Assembly (NCBI GenBank): GCA_040357565.1
Contig: JBDODJ010000100.1
From: Cercozoa sp. M6MM
Taxonomy: Eukaryota; Protista; Endomyxa: Ascetosporea
DNA length: 41,135 nucleotides
Strand: one strand, 5' to 3'
Shown here: positions 1 through 13,496 of the stretch, one piece after another
Position numbering within the stretch: position 1 is the stretch's first letter
Layout: the number at the start of each line of letters is the position of its first letter
Notes under the pieces: generated by a model
Database searches by the model: none
What the model saw: only the letters and a program-made list of their open reading frames with translations
Told to the model about the DNA's origin: nothing
Made by a program: the position numbers and the translations under genes

Positions 1-46
<46 letters not shown>
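1..46. repeat. (GT)n microsatellite at window start, probably intronic
   Basis: Pure GT dinucleotide run, followed by a candidate acceptor (GGAG) and coding-like sequence. Confidence 0.95.
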
Positions 47-48
<2 letters not shown>

Positions 49-1397
49 AGGGCGTTTGACCGTAGAACAAACTTCGTGAAGTGTCTGATCGAAGAGTACG
101 CCGATGTTGCGTTTCCTGCAGTCGACGATACGAAAGGGTTTGTCCTTTTTGACTGCGCTGTATCGATAAGTTCATTGTATACCTACACAATGCATCAACT
201 GCAGGTGGGAATACGTGTTGCGACTTGTCATCAAGCACTGCAACAGGGGTGCAAACGACCTAATCGATATGCTGCTAGAACACGCATTGAACACACTTGG
301 TGTCGATACCGTTATTGTGCGCAACGCTCTGCTCTACCTTGCACGCACGCAATGTACCGCTACCCTTTCCTCCAAGTTTCCCTTTGACACCGTGTCATAG
401 TTTTTTTTTTTTTTGAAGACAAGACAGACGATCCTCGAAAACCAGTTTGGTGCTTCAGCATTGTGCTGAAATACTATGTCTGCCAGATCGATGACCCTGT
501 ACTATCACTGTTGGTTCTTTGTTTGTGGTAAGTATCCGTGTTTGTGATGCAGTTCCTGGAAGAAATCTGGCAACTCGCAACAGCGCGTTTACACTCAGCG
601 TCCAACTCAAGTATTTCTCTACCTTGATGCTTTTTGTTACTTTTTAATGGCGGCTGTGTCTAGACTTGCAAGCAGTAGGCCGTCTGCTGACTTACCTACT
701 GTTGAGTGATAACGTGGCTTCGCAAAAAGGCGCAGTTGTGTAAATATCTTCGTTTGCGCACGTTTTAGTCTATCGAAATGTGCGCTGTTTGTCATTATCA
801 CAGAGAACTCAAGAAAGAACACATTCAACGCGGATTTGCGCGAGCATTGCCGTACAACAACACGCAACACCGACTCGGTCACCCGGTTTGGTTGTGCAGA
901 GGCGTTGTTGCTCTCGCTTGTGCTCCCTGTGGTACCGAGACATCATTGTCACGGTTACCTTCTTGCACCGCAAGCCAGTTCGTATAGGATTGGAAGTGAT
1001 GCAATCAACGCTGCCGCAGGCAGTGCAGGTATCTTTGTGTCACTGCAACTCACACTTTAGAATATCCTTTGTGCTTGTAGTGCATGCATTGCGTGCTCAG
1101 TGGCGCATTGGCCAATGTGCAAAACATGGTGAAAGTTCGGACACAGGCTCAGCACATTAAACAGCGTATCACCGAGTACTACAGCACGTATGATCCTCTT
1201 GCTTGCTCAAGTACATTGGCATACCGGGACGCGACATCGACGTGACTCACATCACGCGAGGCCGTGACGGTTTCGTGCAGTACCGAGTCGCGTTGTTGGC
1301 GTTGGCTCGAGTCAATGAATACTCAAAATCTACTCGGACTGCAAATTTACTTATTTTCGCACGTACGTCATTATTAGTTAGAATAAACTTAATCTAG
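47..1397 (+). CDS. Partial multi-exon hypothetical protein (5' end outside window, 3' end uncertain)
   Basis: Short coding-like blocks separated by GT..AG introns, e.g. AFDRRTNFVKCLIEEYADVAFPAVDDTKG / WEYVLRLVIKHCNRGANDLIDMLLEHALNTL / FLEEIWQLATARL / LQAVGRLLTYLLLS. Leu-rich and helical in character; no family recognised. Confidence 0.4.
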
Positions 1398-1663
1398 AAT
1401 ATCGCGTCGGTGGACGGGGTCGTCGGTCTCAACCGCGGCCGCTCAAATTCATTGACTCGGATTGCCCACGAACCGGAACGACGACTCTTACAGCGCGGAT
1501 CTCGGCGCCGGAGATCTCTTCACACCGCTTATTTACGACGGATAGAATTCGACGCAAGAAGATCAAGTTGCTGGCTATTTCGCACTATCTTCTTAAAGTA
1601 AATCCAAATCAAGTTCAAACAAACCATGCAAAAAAAGCGTCGCGACGGTAGGCAAACATCGAA

Positions 1664-2202
1664 TTACAGACCAAGATTCTGGTCTACACCTTATATTTTA
1701 TACAGTCACTGCAAAAACTGAGAAACGTACTCGTCACTACAAACAATTGATCAAGTTCTCCAGCTGGTAGCTGGCGTACAGAGTTTACCGAGCATGCACC
1801 ATGCTTGTTGGTGCATGGTGCTAGTGTACCCGACGCGCTTTTTCCTTTGCCGAAATTCTGTCACCGACAATGTGCTTGCTTGGACCAAGTGCATCGCTTG
1901 CATAGTTCTTCTATACATCGAAAGGCAATATCCAAGTGACGCGATGCCAACCAGCGATACTATGGCCTGTTCAGTGATGTTCAGCACACGTCCTACTTTC
2001 CCTTTCACCAGCGGCTGCAAAATCTAAATTTATCGCGAAAAGCAATTGACTGCTGTGAATTTAAATTTACCGTACCCCAAACAGGTCACGATAGTACTGG
2101 TCCGCTTCGTTCATCTGTCTCTCAATTCCTCCTCGGGTGACGACGCACTAACTCCTTGGCAAAGGACAATTTTATTTCATATTCGGGGGTGCAGTCAGCC
2201 AT
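1664..2202 (-). CDS. Small spliced hypothetical protein (~87 aa)
   Basis: Phase-consistent GT-AG model: MADCTPEYEIKLSFAKEL|MNEADQYYRDLFG|ILQPLVKGK|KNYASDALGPSKHIVGDRISAKEKARR|LPAGELDQLFVVT|NQNLGL*. The first intron (2115-2148) is 34 nt. Confidence 0.45.
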
Positions 2203-2760
2203 CCTGCATATTGACTGTAGCACTCAGGGGGGATCCGCGCGGATAATAAATTTAAAATTTTACAGTAAACCTAATTCGAGCTGGCAGTGGTGCTGTACTT
2301 TACTTAGGCCAATGACAACATGGGTGGAGTGGTACCTGGTACGGTATACCCTGTAAGCAGCTGGATACAGTGTCTTTCATTTGATGTCCGGCACGAGGCA
2401 AGAGGCAAGAGGCTCCTCCTTCAATTGGGATTTTAGGGCACGAATTGCACGAGATTACATGTGCATGTACATCGCATTAACTACACTCCCAACTTTTACA
2501 GCAACAATTAACCGAATGAACTGAAGGAATATGTTAATATACGTATGTGCGGTGCAGTAATTCACGCACTTCGTCAGTTTACAGTACTCTGTAGTCCCTG
2601 CGCGTGCGCTGAACGGAACGGCAGTGCGTGCAGTGAGTCGGGTCCGTCCGTACGCGTCTAATTATACGATATATCGTCTTATGCTACGCTGCCCCTAGCC
2701 TGGACGTAGCTATGGCGATCACCTTGCGTTGGTCACGTTCAGTCCTCAAGCTCGCTCGGC

Positions 2761-5278
2761 TCATTGAACCTTCTTGGCGTCTTGAAGCGTTTCGACTTTG
2801 TCACTGCTGGCGACGGTTTGGATGTTGCGACGCTTCTTCTTGCGACGAAAGAGGCGCGGTAGCGCTACAACGAGCAGCGGGCACAGCCAGTGTCCCCACC
2901 AGCCCAGCGTGCCCCACGCAGCGACCGATCGACGCCAGTCAAGGAACTGCACACCAGGGACACCAGGGAATAACACTACTCTGCACTCATTTTGTCCAAA
3001 GGGACCTCAAACGCAACGCCAAAGTAGTTCACGCCAGTGTAGGTGAACACAAAGCCGACGAAATTGTACAGCCAGCGCAAGTGTTCGAGTGGTGCCTTGT
3101 TCTGTTCAAACACAGGCAGAATCAAAGCGAGCAACTCCAGGCACTTACAAGAATACCTCCTTCTCAGTCACAAAGAAGCGACGCAGTGTGGCACGTCCCA
3201 CGCCGTCGGCAGCACTCAGAAGTGCCGACGAGACAAAGAAAAGATAGTAGCCCGGCTAAGGAACGAGAGAATATCAAGTGGCAAGCACTGAAGCAAAGAT
3301 AAAGTACGTAGAAGCCGTGCCAGAAAGCAGATGTCACACGGGTCGCCATTGTGGCAAAGCCTGCGTTTGACAATACACGAAAGTCAAAGCAAGTGGAACA
3401 CACAAACACACAAACACACAAACACACAAACACACAGACACACACAGACACACACAGACACACACACAGACACACGATCTCACCCTTGTGCGACATGACG
3501 CCCTTCATAAACGACGGGCGCTGCACACGCAGGTACACGCAGTCCTTCAACCAGGCGTTGATGCTGACGTTCCAGTTCGACGTCAGAGCTAACACATTGG
3601 TCACTTTGCCAGCACCCAGATAAAAGAGCAAAACAAGAAAGTACCAGGCACGGACTGCGCCAACTCCGCACGAAGCAAATTGCCGTTGCTCGAGCGATCC
3701 CAAACCGCAACGAGCGGCGCGTTCGCTGTAATTTCAGAACAGAAAACTCATCACTCGGACCAAAAAAGACGAGAGTGAAGGAACCTTCGTCGTTGTCAGC
3801 TTCGGCCGGAACGAGACGCATGCCGAAACCCGCAGCCACACAACCGGCTTCAGCGAGATACCACGCAAAATAATACTTCCAACTGAACAAAAGAAAACAC
3901 ACACCGTATCAAACACCAACACAACGCACTTTGTGTAACAGTAGTCCTACCGGTAAAGGGATACAGCGAGGGCAGTGAACACAATCTGAACGATTCGCGA
4001 AACCAACGCATTCACGAAGGCGAGCACCGGCACAGCTGCCACTGTCGAAGCTCCAAAAATCGCCGACTTTGCCGGCAGAACCTCAGTGAACCTAGCCAGA
4101 GATGCAACGTTTCTCAGATATAGATATTTGAGCATAGGAGAAAGCAGTACCAAGAAGTTTCAAGCCACGAGTTCGAGAAGTAGTCCATGCTAAGGAATAC
4201 GCCAACGAAAGCGCAACCCGCCTTGAAAAGACATTTGAGAGCCGCCGCCATCGTAGGAACCTGTGTACGCAAGTAAATTTCGTTGACTGACAGAACAGCA
4301 AGTTAAAACGGTACCTGTGAACCCTTTGAGGCCTTGAAGTTCGTCACACGCTTGAGCGTGGCAGGAGCCCAGTCGCCGGTACCGTCCATGAACTCAATGT
4401 ACTCACGAATGCGGAAAGCTGCCCAAACGTTGTAACTGAAGAAAAGAATGAAAGGTCAATCAAAGCTACCAGGGCCTGCGAGAGCACCGCCGAAGAAAAA
4501 CACGAAACTGAAGAACTGCAGAATCGTCACATCCTGGTTCTGAACGAACGAAAGCAAACAAATACAGCAAAAAGGAACATCAACAGTGAAAGCTTGCAAA
4601 AGCAAAATACGTAAGCGGTCTTGACACGCTGCTCGTGAATGTGTGGTTTTGCGGCGAGCTGCTCCTTCTTTTGCATCTTGCGGCCATCGCTCAGATCAAA
4701 AGCACACGTGATGTACTTCGCAGTGAAGATCATCAACGGAGCTGACAGATCAACTTTCCAGCCCATCCTAAAGAAGAGCAACCTTTCCTCAACGGCAGTT
4801 CAAAGGTATTCAAGCTGAGGAAGTACCAATCAACCTTCATTCGGTAAATGTGCACTGTGCTCAGCACCGCCATCGTGAAAAAGCTCACGATTCCCGGCGA
4901 CACCTACAAAAAAAAAGCGTGTGCACCCAATTCAAAGCAAGAGGAAAACTTACACGAAGCTTAGCAATCAGACAGTAGACACATGCGGTGAGTGCGAGCA
5001 GCAGCAGCGTCGATTCATGACCGAGCAGCAGCCACTCAAACAGCACACCCGTCGAGAAGGCCAGGAGGTTCCGCGCGGAAGCGTTTTTCACTTGCTTGAG
5101 CAACCAGCCTAACCGAAACCAACGGGGTTACACGCTTGTGGGTCGCCGACAACATCAGAGTACCAAGCGGCACGGCACTGACGAGGCACAGAAGCAAAAC
5201 GATCTGATCTGATGGGAAGCCCGCCGCCTCAGACAAGCCCTCAAGTGGCTCTCGCACGAAACCAGGCAGGTGGTCCAT
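2761..5278 (-). CDS. MBOAT-family lysophospholipid acyltransferase (LPCAT/ALE1/MBOAT1-2-like), multi-exon
   Basis: Spliced motifs SAPLMIFTAK, FFGGALAGP, KYYFAWYLAEAGCVAAGFG, WNVSINAWLKDCVYLR, ATRVTSAFWHGFY (catalytic His) and GYYLFF. C-terminal KKVQ* is a KKxx ER-retrieval signal. Canonical introns, e.g. 5109-5163. Confidence 0.93.
3399..3476. repeat. Degenerate (CA)n microsatellite in an MBOAT intron
   Basis: cacaaacacacaaacacaca... tract lying between MBOAT exons. Confidence 0.85.
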
Positions 5279-5705
5279 GCTACTCTACACCTAAACACAC
5301 CAGCGCACAATGATGCGTCACAGCATCACTGGTTCAGTCAAAAACAGGAGTGGCTATAGGCGGTGGTGGACGAGCTAAACAACAGAAAGAATAAAGAGAA
5401 AATAATAGCGTGCACGGTGCCGCGCTCAGCACAGGAGCGGAGTCACTCGCATGTGGGGCATTCAGCGCTCCAGCCCTGGCCTGTTCGCCGTTCTGGCAGG
5501 GGGTATAAATGATCCTATCTGAAACGAGACCACCAACCGACCACGTGCGATCACACACCAAAATAATATCGAATAAAATATTATTTGGAACGTATCCCAG
5601 GGGAGATATGATGTATGTGCGTATGTATTGCATATGTGTGTATGTGTATTGTACCGGTATACAGTACAATATAGTTGTTGTCTCAAAAATAATGCGGTGT
5701 CTCTG

Positions 5706-8014
5706 ATGTCAGTGGTCGTGTTCACCACCTATGCGGCAACTTATTGCATTCGGTTTCCCACGTTTGTTCCGACCTACAAGGACAGGACTGCTGTACAAAT
5801 ACCACTGCCTGCATAGACCTGTGAGATTATTTAATCAAGCTACACATGGTATATACAGTTCGGTGTGGAACTGAAAAGCGCGCTCACGATCGCGCAGTCG
5901 TTTGGTTAGTACGTGTGTTCAGCAGTGACTTTGTACTGCAGTCCATGTGTCTGTGTGGCACTCACAGCATTCTGTTCAAGATCCCGACGGTCGTATACTT
6001 CCCGAAACTGCCGAAACGAGCCTGGATGCCTGCGTTGATAGCTGTACCCATCGTGCCACACACAGGGCCAAAAGATGTCGTATCTTGTGTATCCTGTGTC
6101 TTGTTTGCTTGCTACAGTGCTACGCGTGGTCCACGGTGTGTCTGGCTCTCATGGGCTGGTTCACTAGCGGCGAAGGCAAGGTGGTGATGACCTTCCTCTG
6201 TGCCGCTGGGTTGACGCCAGTGTACGCACTTATTGTTCGGTACACGAGCACCATCGATTCACAGAACACTGGAAATAAAAGGCAACTTGTCTTTCTGTAG
6301 TTTCCTGGAGGGTCGCAAGATCACGGAACCCCTGACGGCGATGCTGCTGTTTGCGACAGTTGTGACAGGAGGCATGGCGCGTTCCATTGGTACCTAGCCA
6401 AGATGTGAGCTTGTATCACCCTGCTGACTGACTCTTGTTGTCATGTCCACCAGGCGCATGGTTTCTGACACTTGGCGTGGCCGAGGCTTGGATGCCCTTG
6501 GTGGTGGCCTTGTGTGCCGCACCTGTGTACTGCCTGTCGTCCTACTTGCTACACACGCTGCCTCCGCCGACCGAGGAGGACCGCTCGCTGCGACAGGCGC
6601 GACTGCCCATGACGATTGGTCAGCAGAAGCAGTGGTCGCTCAAATTCTGGCAGCCGCTGTCAGTGTGTGCAGTGTGGTACATTGCCGCCGTTGGCTACCG
6701 CATGTTCCGTGACTGTACGTCTGTGTCCACTTTGTACCAGTGTCCAAGATGCACTGTCCGTTTTGTTTTCTGCCATAGACTTCCAGACGGACATTATGGA
6801 GGAACTCATGTGCGACGTGGGACAGGACCCGGACGAGTGCAGTCCATCTCCTTTGGTGGTACTGTGCGTGTACCTTTGTGTACCCATATCGACCCTATCG
6901 ATATCCTGTTGGCTTGCAGTACACACTTACTGAGTTCGCATGCGGCTCTGTTGTCCTGGCCGCTGTTGTGTCATTGACGCCTCTGAAGAACAACTACAAG
7001 GGTGCTTGTTGGTCCTCTTAAGGAACTTGCCTGTATCATATGCTTGTGATATGTGTAGCCTTCTTCCTCACGATGTTGTACATGGCCATCGGAAGCGGTC
7101 CTTTGGTGACTTTGAGAACAATTGGCGGATAAAGTGACTTTCTGTGTGACCTCTGCTCTTGTACAGCTGATTGGCGGCACGGCTTTGCTCAGTGGTTCGT
7201 CGCCACTGGGTTGGATGGTCTCTTCCGGCACTGGCGTTTCCTTGGTACGTTTGATCAGGGGGTTGCAGCTTAATAGAATATTGCAAGCACCTGTGTAGGG
7301 TGGCAGCATGCTCATCGGTGCCCCTTGGTGGGACCGTCTCATGGCCGGTAAGTGTGAGTATTTTGAGACTTCGGTCTCTTGTGTAATGGGTGTGTGCTGC
7401 ACAGCTGCTGGCGACTCGTACACCGTGTCGTTCCTGTGCTACTGGAGTGACTGTACTTCTTGCTTTGTTCTGCATCCGAATCGGGTTTCGCAAGCAACGT
7501 GTTCTGGCAGTTTTCGGTCACTCGGGCACCATCGGTGTCGTGTTCTACAAGGAGTTCTTCACTTCCGATGATGTCTCATTCGCCTCGTTTTTCGGTAAAT
7601 TCGCATCAGCCTTGTTGTATTTTTTGTGCTTGCTGTTTGAATTGGCTATCGGAGAGTATGTGAGTAGAATCGATCTCGTATGTTGCCGGAGCCTTCATGT
7701 TGTTCTGCTGCATGCTGGCTAGTGCGCTTTGTCCTGTCTGCTCTTTTCTGTTGTGTTTGCACTACTGTGTGTGTGCGTGTGTGTGTACAGCCGTGTTGTT
7801 CCGGTGGAAGCTGCCGAAACCCGACGGCGACAGCGAAGCGACAGAAGCGCTGCTGCCGGCGAGTGTGTCCAAGGACGCCGACAGCGACAGCGAGGTCGTC
7901 GACATTCACGACATGCACGCCCACATCGGCATCGGTTCCGACGTTCGCGACTTCCAGAATACTGGCGCGCGAGGTGTCGACGGCGACAATCAGGATGTCT
8001 CTGTCAACGCGTAA
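5706..8014 (+). CDS. DUF5690-family multi-pass membrane protein (MFS-like putative transporter), multi-exon
   Basis: Spliced blocks follow the recalled DUF5690 consensus in order: FTTYAATYCIRFPTFVPTY, FGVELKSALTIAQSFG, FLEGRKITEPL, AWMPLVVALCAAP..LPPPTEEDRSLRQARLPM, YRMFRDFQTDI, WWDRLMA, TVSFLCYWSD, GHSGTIGVVFYKEF. Acidic C-terminal tail ends at TAA 8014. The start codon could lie further upstream. Confidence 0.8.
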
Positions 8015-8363
8015 ATTCTGCGCTGACCTGCGCTGACGCTACGCTACCTACGTCCGCAGTCGAATGTACACGCGATGTCGGTATTGGGGGTTGTAAAGAA
8101 CTGAAACTCGTATTTACACGCGTACATGTCAAGAAACGCGGTTGGATTCCGTTCCCTCGGCCAACGTAGCCTCTTGTATTGCACTAGCCTCTGACTGCGG
8201 GAGTTTTAAGGGTCACGGGAGCCCCGCATGCATTGTTGCTTAGTACTTTGTGCATTCAGTTTTGTCACAGCAATACCACAGCAATACCACAGCAAGCCGC
8301 CACATTCGCGACGTTAGTGGCATCCGACGCTTAGTTGTTTAAATAGAAGCATGAATCAATCAC

Positions 8364-11300
8364 TCAATCAAGGAGTTCGGCAACGCGCTGCGTGACGGCG
8401 AGCAGCAGCTCGTCCTTGTGTCGTTGCGCACGCAGTCGCAGCAACGCGTTCTCGCGCGAGAGGCACGACAGCGCGCGCGCATGCTGTGAAGACACGGCGG
8501 CCTGCGTGAGTCGCACCAGCAGTGCACACGAGGCACGCGAGGTGCGCAACTCACGCGAGACAAAGGCGAACACTCGCATGGCAGGCAGTCTGAGTGCAAC
8601 AAGGGTTAGGCTGATAGAGCTAGAAGGGAGGAGGGGATGGGTACCCTTGTTCCTTGGGCGGCATCAGAGACAGCGAGCGCATTAGCATGGTGAGAGCGTT
8701 GTGAATCACCTTGTGCGACTCGTCGTTGAAAGCAGGGTCGCCGTAGTACAGCTCGCGGTTGCTGACGCCAGTGCTGCCATTGCGTGCAGTGTCGCGGTGC
8801 TGCGACGTGACAGCGCTGGCCACGGCCGTCAGCAGCGACACACGCTCGCCTGGCGACAGTGCCTCGTGGTTTGCAAAGTCGCCCAGTGTGTCCGTGATCT
8901 AGGGAGGAAACCTTACATGATAACACAAAGGTACGGGGGTAAAGCCTACGTTATCCAGATCGTCGGGGTCCTCGCTTTCTTCCTTCGCCTTGTCAGTCGC
9001 ACTCAGCAGTCGCAGCAAGGCCACGTGCAAGTACAACGGTCCACGGGTGGCATGACCCGGCGCATGTGCGCACACGTGCGTCAGCTGCAGCAGCTGACGG
9101 TGCAGCCACGTGCGCACCGTGTGACGCGACCACTGGCGCACGCGACACTCGCGCGAACGCAGTGCCATGCTCATCAGCGTAGACACACTCGGCGCTGCCT
9201 CCTCTGACAGGGGGATAAAGAGGAGATAAAGAGGAGATAAAGAGGGAAGTAAAAAGGTAAGTAAAGAGGGGGAAACGGGGGGGGGTAACATGCGTAATAC
9301 CACTCTCCTTGGCCTGTCGCAGCAGCGTCAAAAACAGTCCCTCGGACTGTCCGAACAGTTCGCACTGCTGCGCCACTGTTGCTCCGCGAACCAGGCACTC
9401 CAGCTGCCCGGGGTAAAGGGGTAAAGGGCTAAAGGGCGAGGGGGCAGAATGCGGGTGTACCAAAGTGAGCGGCATCACAGGAACGCCGTCCTCCAAATGC
9501 GCCAAACTCGGCAGTGTCACGTGCAGGAACGCCAGCGCCGCCGCCACTTGCTGCTTGAGTTGCTTGCTGCGCGGGGGGGGGGGGGGAAAAAGGGAGAGGG
9601 GCACAGGGGGGGGGGGGGGGAAAGGGAAGTACGACAGCGCGCCACTGACGCAGCCGCGCACGTGCTCGACCGTGTCCAGCGCGAGTTTGCACAGCGTGGC
9701 CGTCACACCCTGTCAGTGTTCAACAAATACAGACAGGCTTGTTTGTGTGGGTAGGGTAGCATAAGTAGAATAGGTAGTAGGATAGATAGTAGGGTAGGTA
9801 GTAGGGTAGGTAGTAGGGTAGGTAGTAGGGTAGGTAGGTAGTAGGGTAGGTAGGTAGTAGGGTNNNNNNNNNNTAGTAGGGTAGGTAGGTAGTAGGGTAG
9901 GTAGGTAGTAGGGTAGGTAGTAGGATAGGTAGGATCCCTACGTCCAGAGCAGCCGAGAAGGCGCGTCGACACTCGCAGAAAAAGAGCAGTCGCGCGTCGA
10001 CAAAGTCGCTCAGTTTCGTGTGGCGCAGGCGGTGCCGCTCCGAGCGCTGCAGCACCTGTCGGCACAGCGACGATGCCATGTTGCCCACCTCGGTGCGCTT
10101 CGTCGCTGGCGCCATCACATCGTCCCTATGCGCGGGGTAAATGGGGGTGGTAAGAAGGGTATGGGGGGGGGGGTAAACATGGTAGTACAACGCGTCGTGC
10201 AGGATACGCATCGTGCTCAGCAACGATGACACTGTCGGAGTGTCCCACTGATGTCACACACACACCGACACACGTGTCAAACCGTCAGTCACTCAGTGAT
10301 CACTGTGCGATCAGTGTAGGTGCAGGTACAGCAGACTGATCTTTTAGCGCGTTTCGCAGCAGATCGGTGCACACGGCGTGCTGCATACCGGCCGGCAACA
10401 GGTCCACCAGGGGCAGAAACGCGTCCATCTGGAACACCTGTCGACAACGCACACTCAGGTATCTTCCGCGCGCAAACAATGACAGTAGCACATGTGACAG
10501 TGGCACATGGTACTGTGGACAAGTCGGACGCGCAGATTTCGACAATCGTGTTGACGTAATCATCGCCGCCGTCGCTCTCCTTGCGACGTCGCAGCACGTC
10601 TCTGCGTATAGATGGAGTGGGGATATAAAGGGCAATGGGGTAAGAAGTAAAGCTCAATCGGTACTGCAACAGAATGTTAGCACGTCGCGCAGAAAAGTTG
10701 CGTCGCACGAACGGCATCCACACACTCGCGACTGCATGTACTCATGCCTCTTTTGTCTCACTCTCACAAGAAAGTTGGGCGGGGGGGGGGTGTGCTACCT
10801 TCGAGATAGCCGACATGACTGGCGAGCTGCTGTGCCTGCTTCCACGCCGTGTTGAGCAAGTCGATCGCTGCCTTCTCCTTGTGACTAAAACAGAAAGCAA
10901 CCACCTTAAATGATCGATCTAAAACCTGTGTGCCTAAGAGTCCACCGAACTTACATATCGGCCAGTGTCACTGCTTTTCCGACCGCACACAACAAAGCTG
11001 CCTTCTCCGTGTCAGTTCCACTGTTTGAAAACAAGGATACTAACTACACAGATTTCAAAGAAACACTTACTCGCTGAACTGAAGCAAGCTTCCCGCGCTC
11101 TTGGCCTGCACAAGACTCGAAAAATGAGCACAGAAAAAAACTCAAGAATATTAGAGAAAAGCGCACAACGACATCTGGCGGAAAGTGAGTCGCCACAAAC
11201 ACCGCAGCCCGCGTGCTTTCGACTTTCTTGAGAATCTCGGCAAAGTCGTTGTCTGTGGTGAATTGCATTTGTTATTTGTTGCGTTGCACAAAACTGAAAG

Positions 11301-13165
11301 CAACAAGCAAAAACGCTTACCGTAATTGCGCCAGCCAAAGTTCTCGGCAATCCAGTGCAACGCTGGGTCCGTAATGTCCTCTTTCGGTGCCTCGATCGTT
11401 GTCTCGGTCGAGTTTTGCTCAACATTGCCTTTTGGTGGCGGGTTTTCGGCATTTTCACCGTTTTCGAAATTTTCGGAGCTTTGACTGTCATTTTTGGTTT
11501 TCGTCAGGCCACTTGTGTATTTTTCGAGTGACAACTGGTCGAAAAACAGGTGCTCACAGACTCCGCGCGGATCCTCCAGCACTAAGCAAGATAGTCTCAG
11601 TCGCTGCTCGCACAAAAATCAAGCAGCAGGCACCGATGAAAACTCGCATTGCACAGTACGCGCGAACGAAAGCTGCGACCTGCAAGAAACGTTAGAACAA
11701 AAGGCAGAAACAATTTCAAGAAACAAACCTGAGGGTCCGCGATGCCTCGGATAGCATCAGCCACTCGCCTGTTGAAAGCACGGGCACATTGAGCAACCAC
11801 TGCTGAAGCAAAGCTTGGGTACAGGCAGGTCTCTAGCATGGCATCCTTCCCAGGCGAAACGAACAGGTAGCACGGCAGCAGTGCCAGCTCAATCAGAATT
11901 CGCGGTAGCAGTTCGCGAATGCACACAACCTGTCACAAAAAAAGTGTTTCAGGTACAACACAATCAACGAAACTGTCTCGAAACTTGCACCTTGAAAAAC
12001 CAATTGTCGCACAGCACACGTGCACGTGGATGCACTTGCTCCGGGCGCACGCACCACTGCCGTCGCTCCTGCGTCTGCTCGGCATCGATATCGCACACGC
12101 CACACAGTCGCGCAAACACGCGATCGCCGAAACCTGCAGCGTTAATTATTTCTCTTTCAAAAAGTGGAGAATGAAAAAGACGAGAAAACGCACTGTCCAA
12201 AATTCGAGCTGCCAGGCAAAATAGCGACGGAAGAAGCGATTTTGGAACACGAGCGTCGCCCAACTGAACAAAGACAAAGGACTTCCACACTAGCTCAGTT
12301 ACTCATATTTAAACTGAACTCGAAACCTGCTTGGCGATGCGAATGGCCACCTTCAACGCAGCAACTCGATCACCTACAAGTAAAACAAATTAATTCGCCT
12401 CCCAGTCCCAGGAAGGCTTCCGCGCGGATACAACATTTCACAAACCTCGTTCGTCCCAGGACTTGCGAAGAGACGTGTCGTGGTGACGCAACAGTGAAAT
12501 GAACTGCGTCTGTGACATCGAAACGCCCGATTTGCTCATCAGTTGCTTTTGACGTCGCTTGAGACGGGCCTCTTCGTTCTCCCTGCAGTTTTGATTCAAA
12601 AAAGTTTTTTCATGCAAAGAACAACTCAGTCAAACAAAAGCCCACATTTGCAGGAACGACGCATCAACAGCGATGTGTTCTTTGCTCTTGTAGTTGCGAA
12701 GAATCTCCTCTGTGCGCTTCTCGAAACTGCGCAAGAAATAAAAAATAAAAAGAAAACTGCCGCTGAAGGAGGCAAAAGTTGCGTACTTGGGAGTTTCAGA
12801 GTGGAACGGGAGCGTTTCGGAGGTATCTGCATCGGTCGCCGTGTGTATCGTCGCCTGCAAAGGATCGTGTTCTTGAAGCGGATCATCACGTGGACTCGTC
12901 GTCTTGCTTTCGCCGCTCGACGAAACTTCGACACGAAGTGGATCCTCGTCAGCAGGCACAAAACCTGACACGTGCTGCCATGGCGTTTCGGGGCCACCAC
13001 GCGGCAGCAACTCCATCCTCGCGGACGATCGCAGTTGTCGCGCGTCTGCCTGAAACATGCAACAAAACGCTCGAAGATAAGATAACAATATGTTCAGTAA
13101 TGAATTACTGCAACGTTGGCACTGGACCACTGTACAATGTGGTGTGTGGGAAGCACACTGCTCAT
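8364..13165 (-). CDS. VPS35L: VPS35 endosomal protein-sorting factor-like (Retriever subunit, C16orf62 homologue), multi-exon
   Basis: Spliced motifs LKVAIRIAKQLGD, LLPSLFCLAARILD..FGDRVFARL, ARVLCDNWFFK..IRELLPRILIELALLPCYLF, RGIADP and GVSNRELYYGDPAF match VPS35L signatures (CLNWFFKIASIRELIPR, RGIGDP, VDSNDSLYGGD). Start at 13165, or alternatively 13016. Confidence 0.88.
9750..9935. repeat. Compound (GGTA)n/(GGTAGTAG)n simple repeat in a VPS35L intron, containing N-gap 9864-9873
   Basis: gtagggtaggtagtagggtagg... units visible directly; 10 Ns inside the tract. Confidence 0.9.
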
Positions 13166-13496
13166 GCGTGCTGCATACTTTTATCGGCTCATACTGGGCT
13201 CAGCGTGATTCCCAGTGTTTCTGTAAAACAGAACGTCGTCGCTGCAGCTTCTTGCTTTGCTTCGCGCACTGTCCACGAAAGCCACGCTCTGGGTACGCTC
13301 TCTGTTAGAGTGATATAATCATGGTGCTGCAAAAGCGATCAAAAGCAAGCTGGCTGTTGTTGCAGTCGTTCTGGTGCAAAAAATCAGTTGGAGCCAGCTA
13401 CCACCTCTACTTCGTGCAACACACTCTCGATCGATGCGTAATCTGTGTCGTACCGTTCAAGGGATCGCGCCGCAATCGCGCAGCTTCTCGGTTGGA

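Noticed and set aside
9750-9935. GGTAG-type repeat as a telomere or CRISPR-like array
   Set aside because: It is an irregular simple repeat inside a GT-AG intron of VPS35L, with no unique spacers and not at a sequence end.
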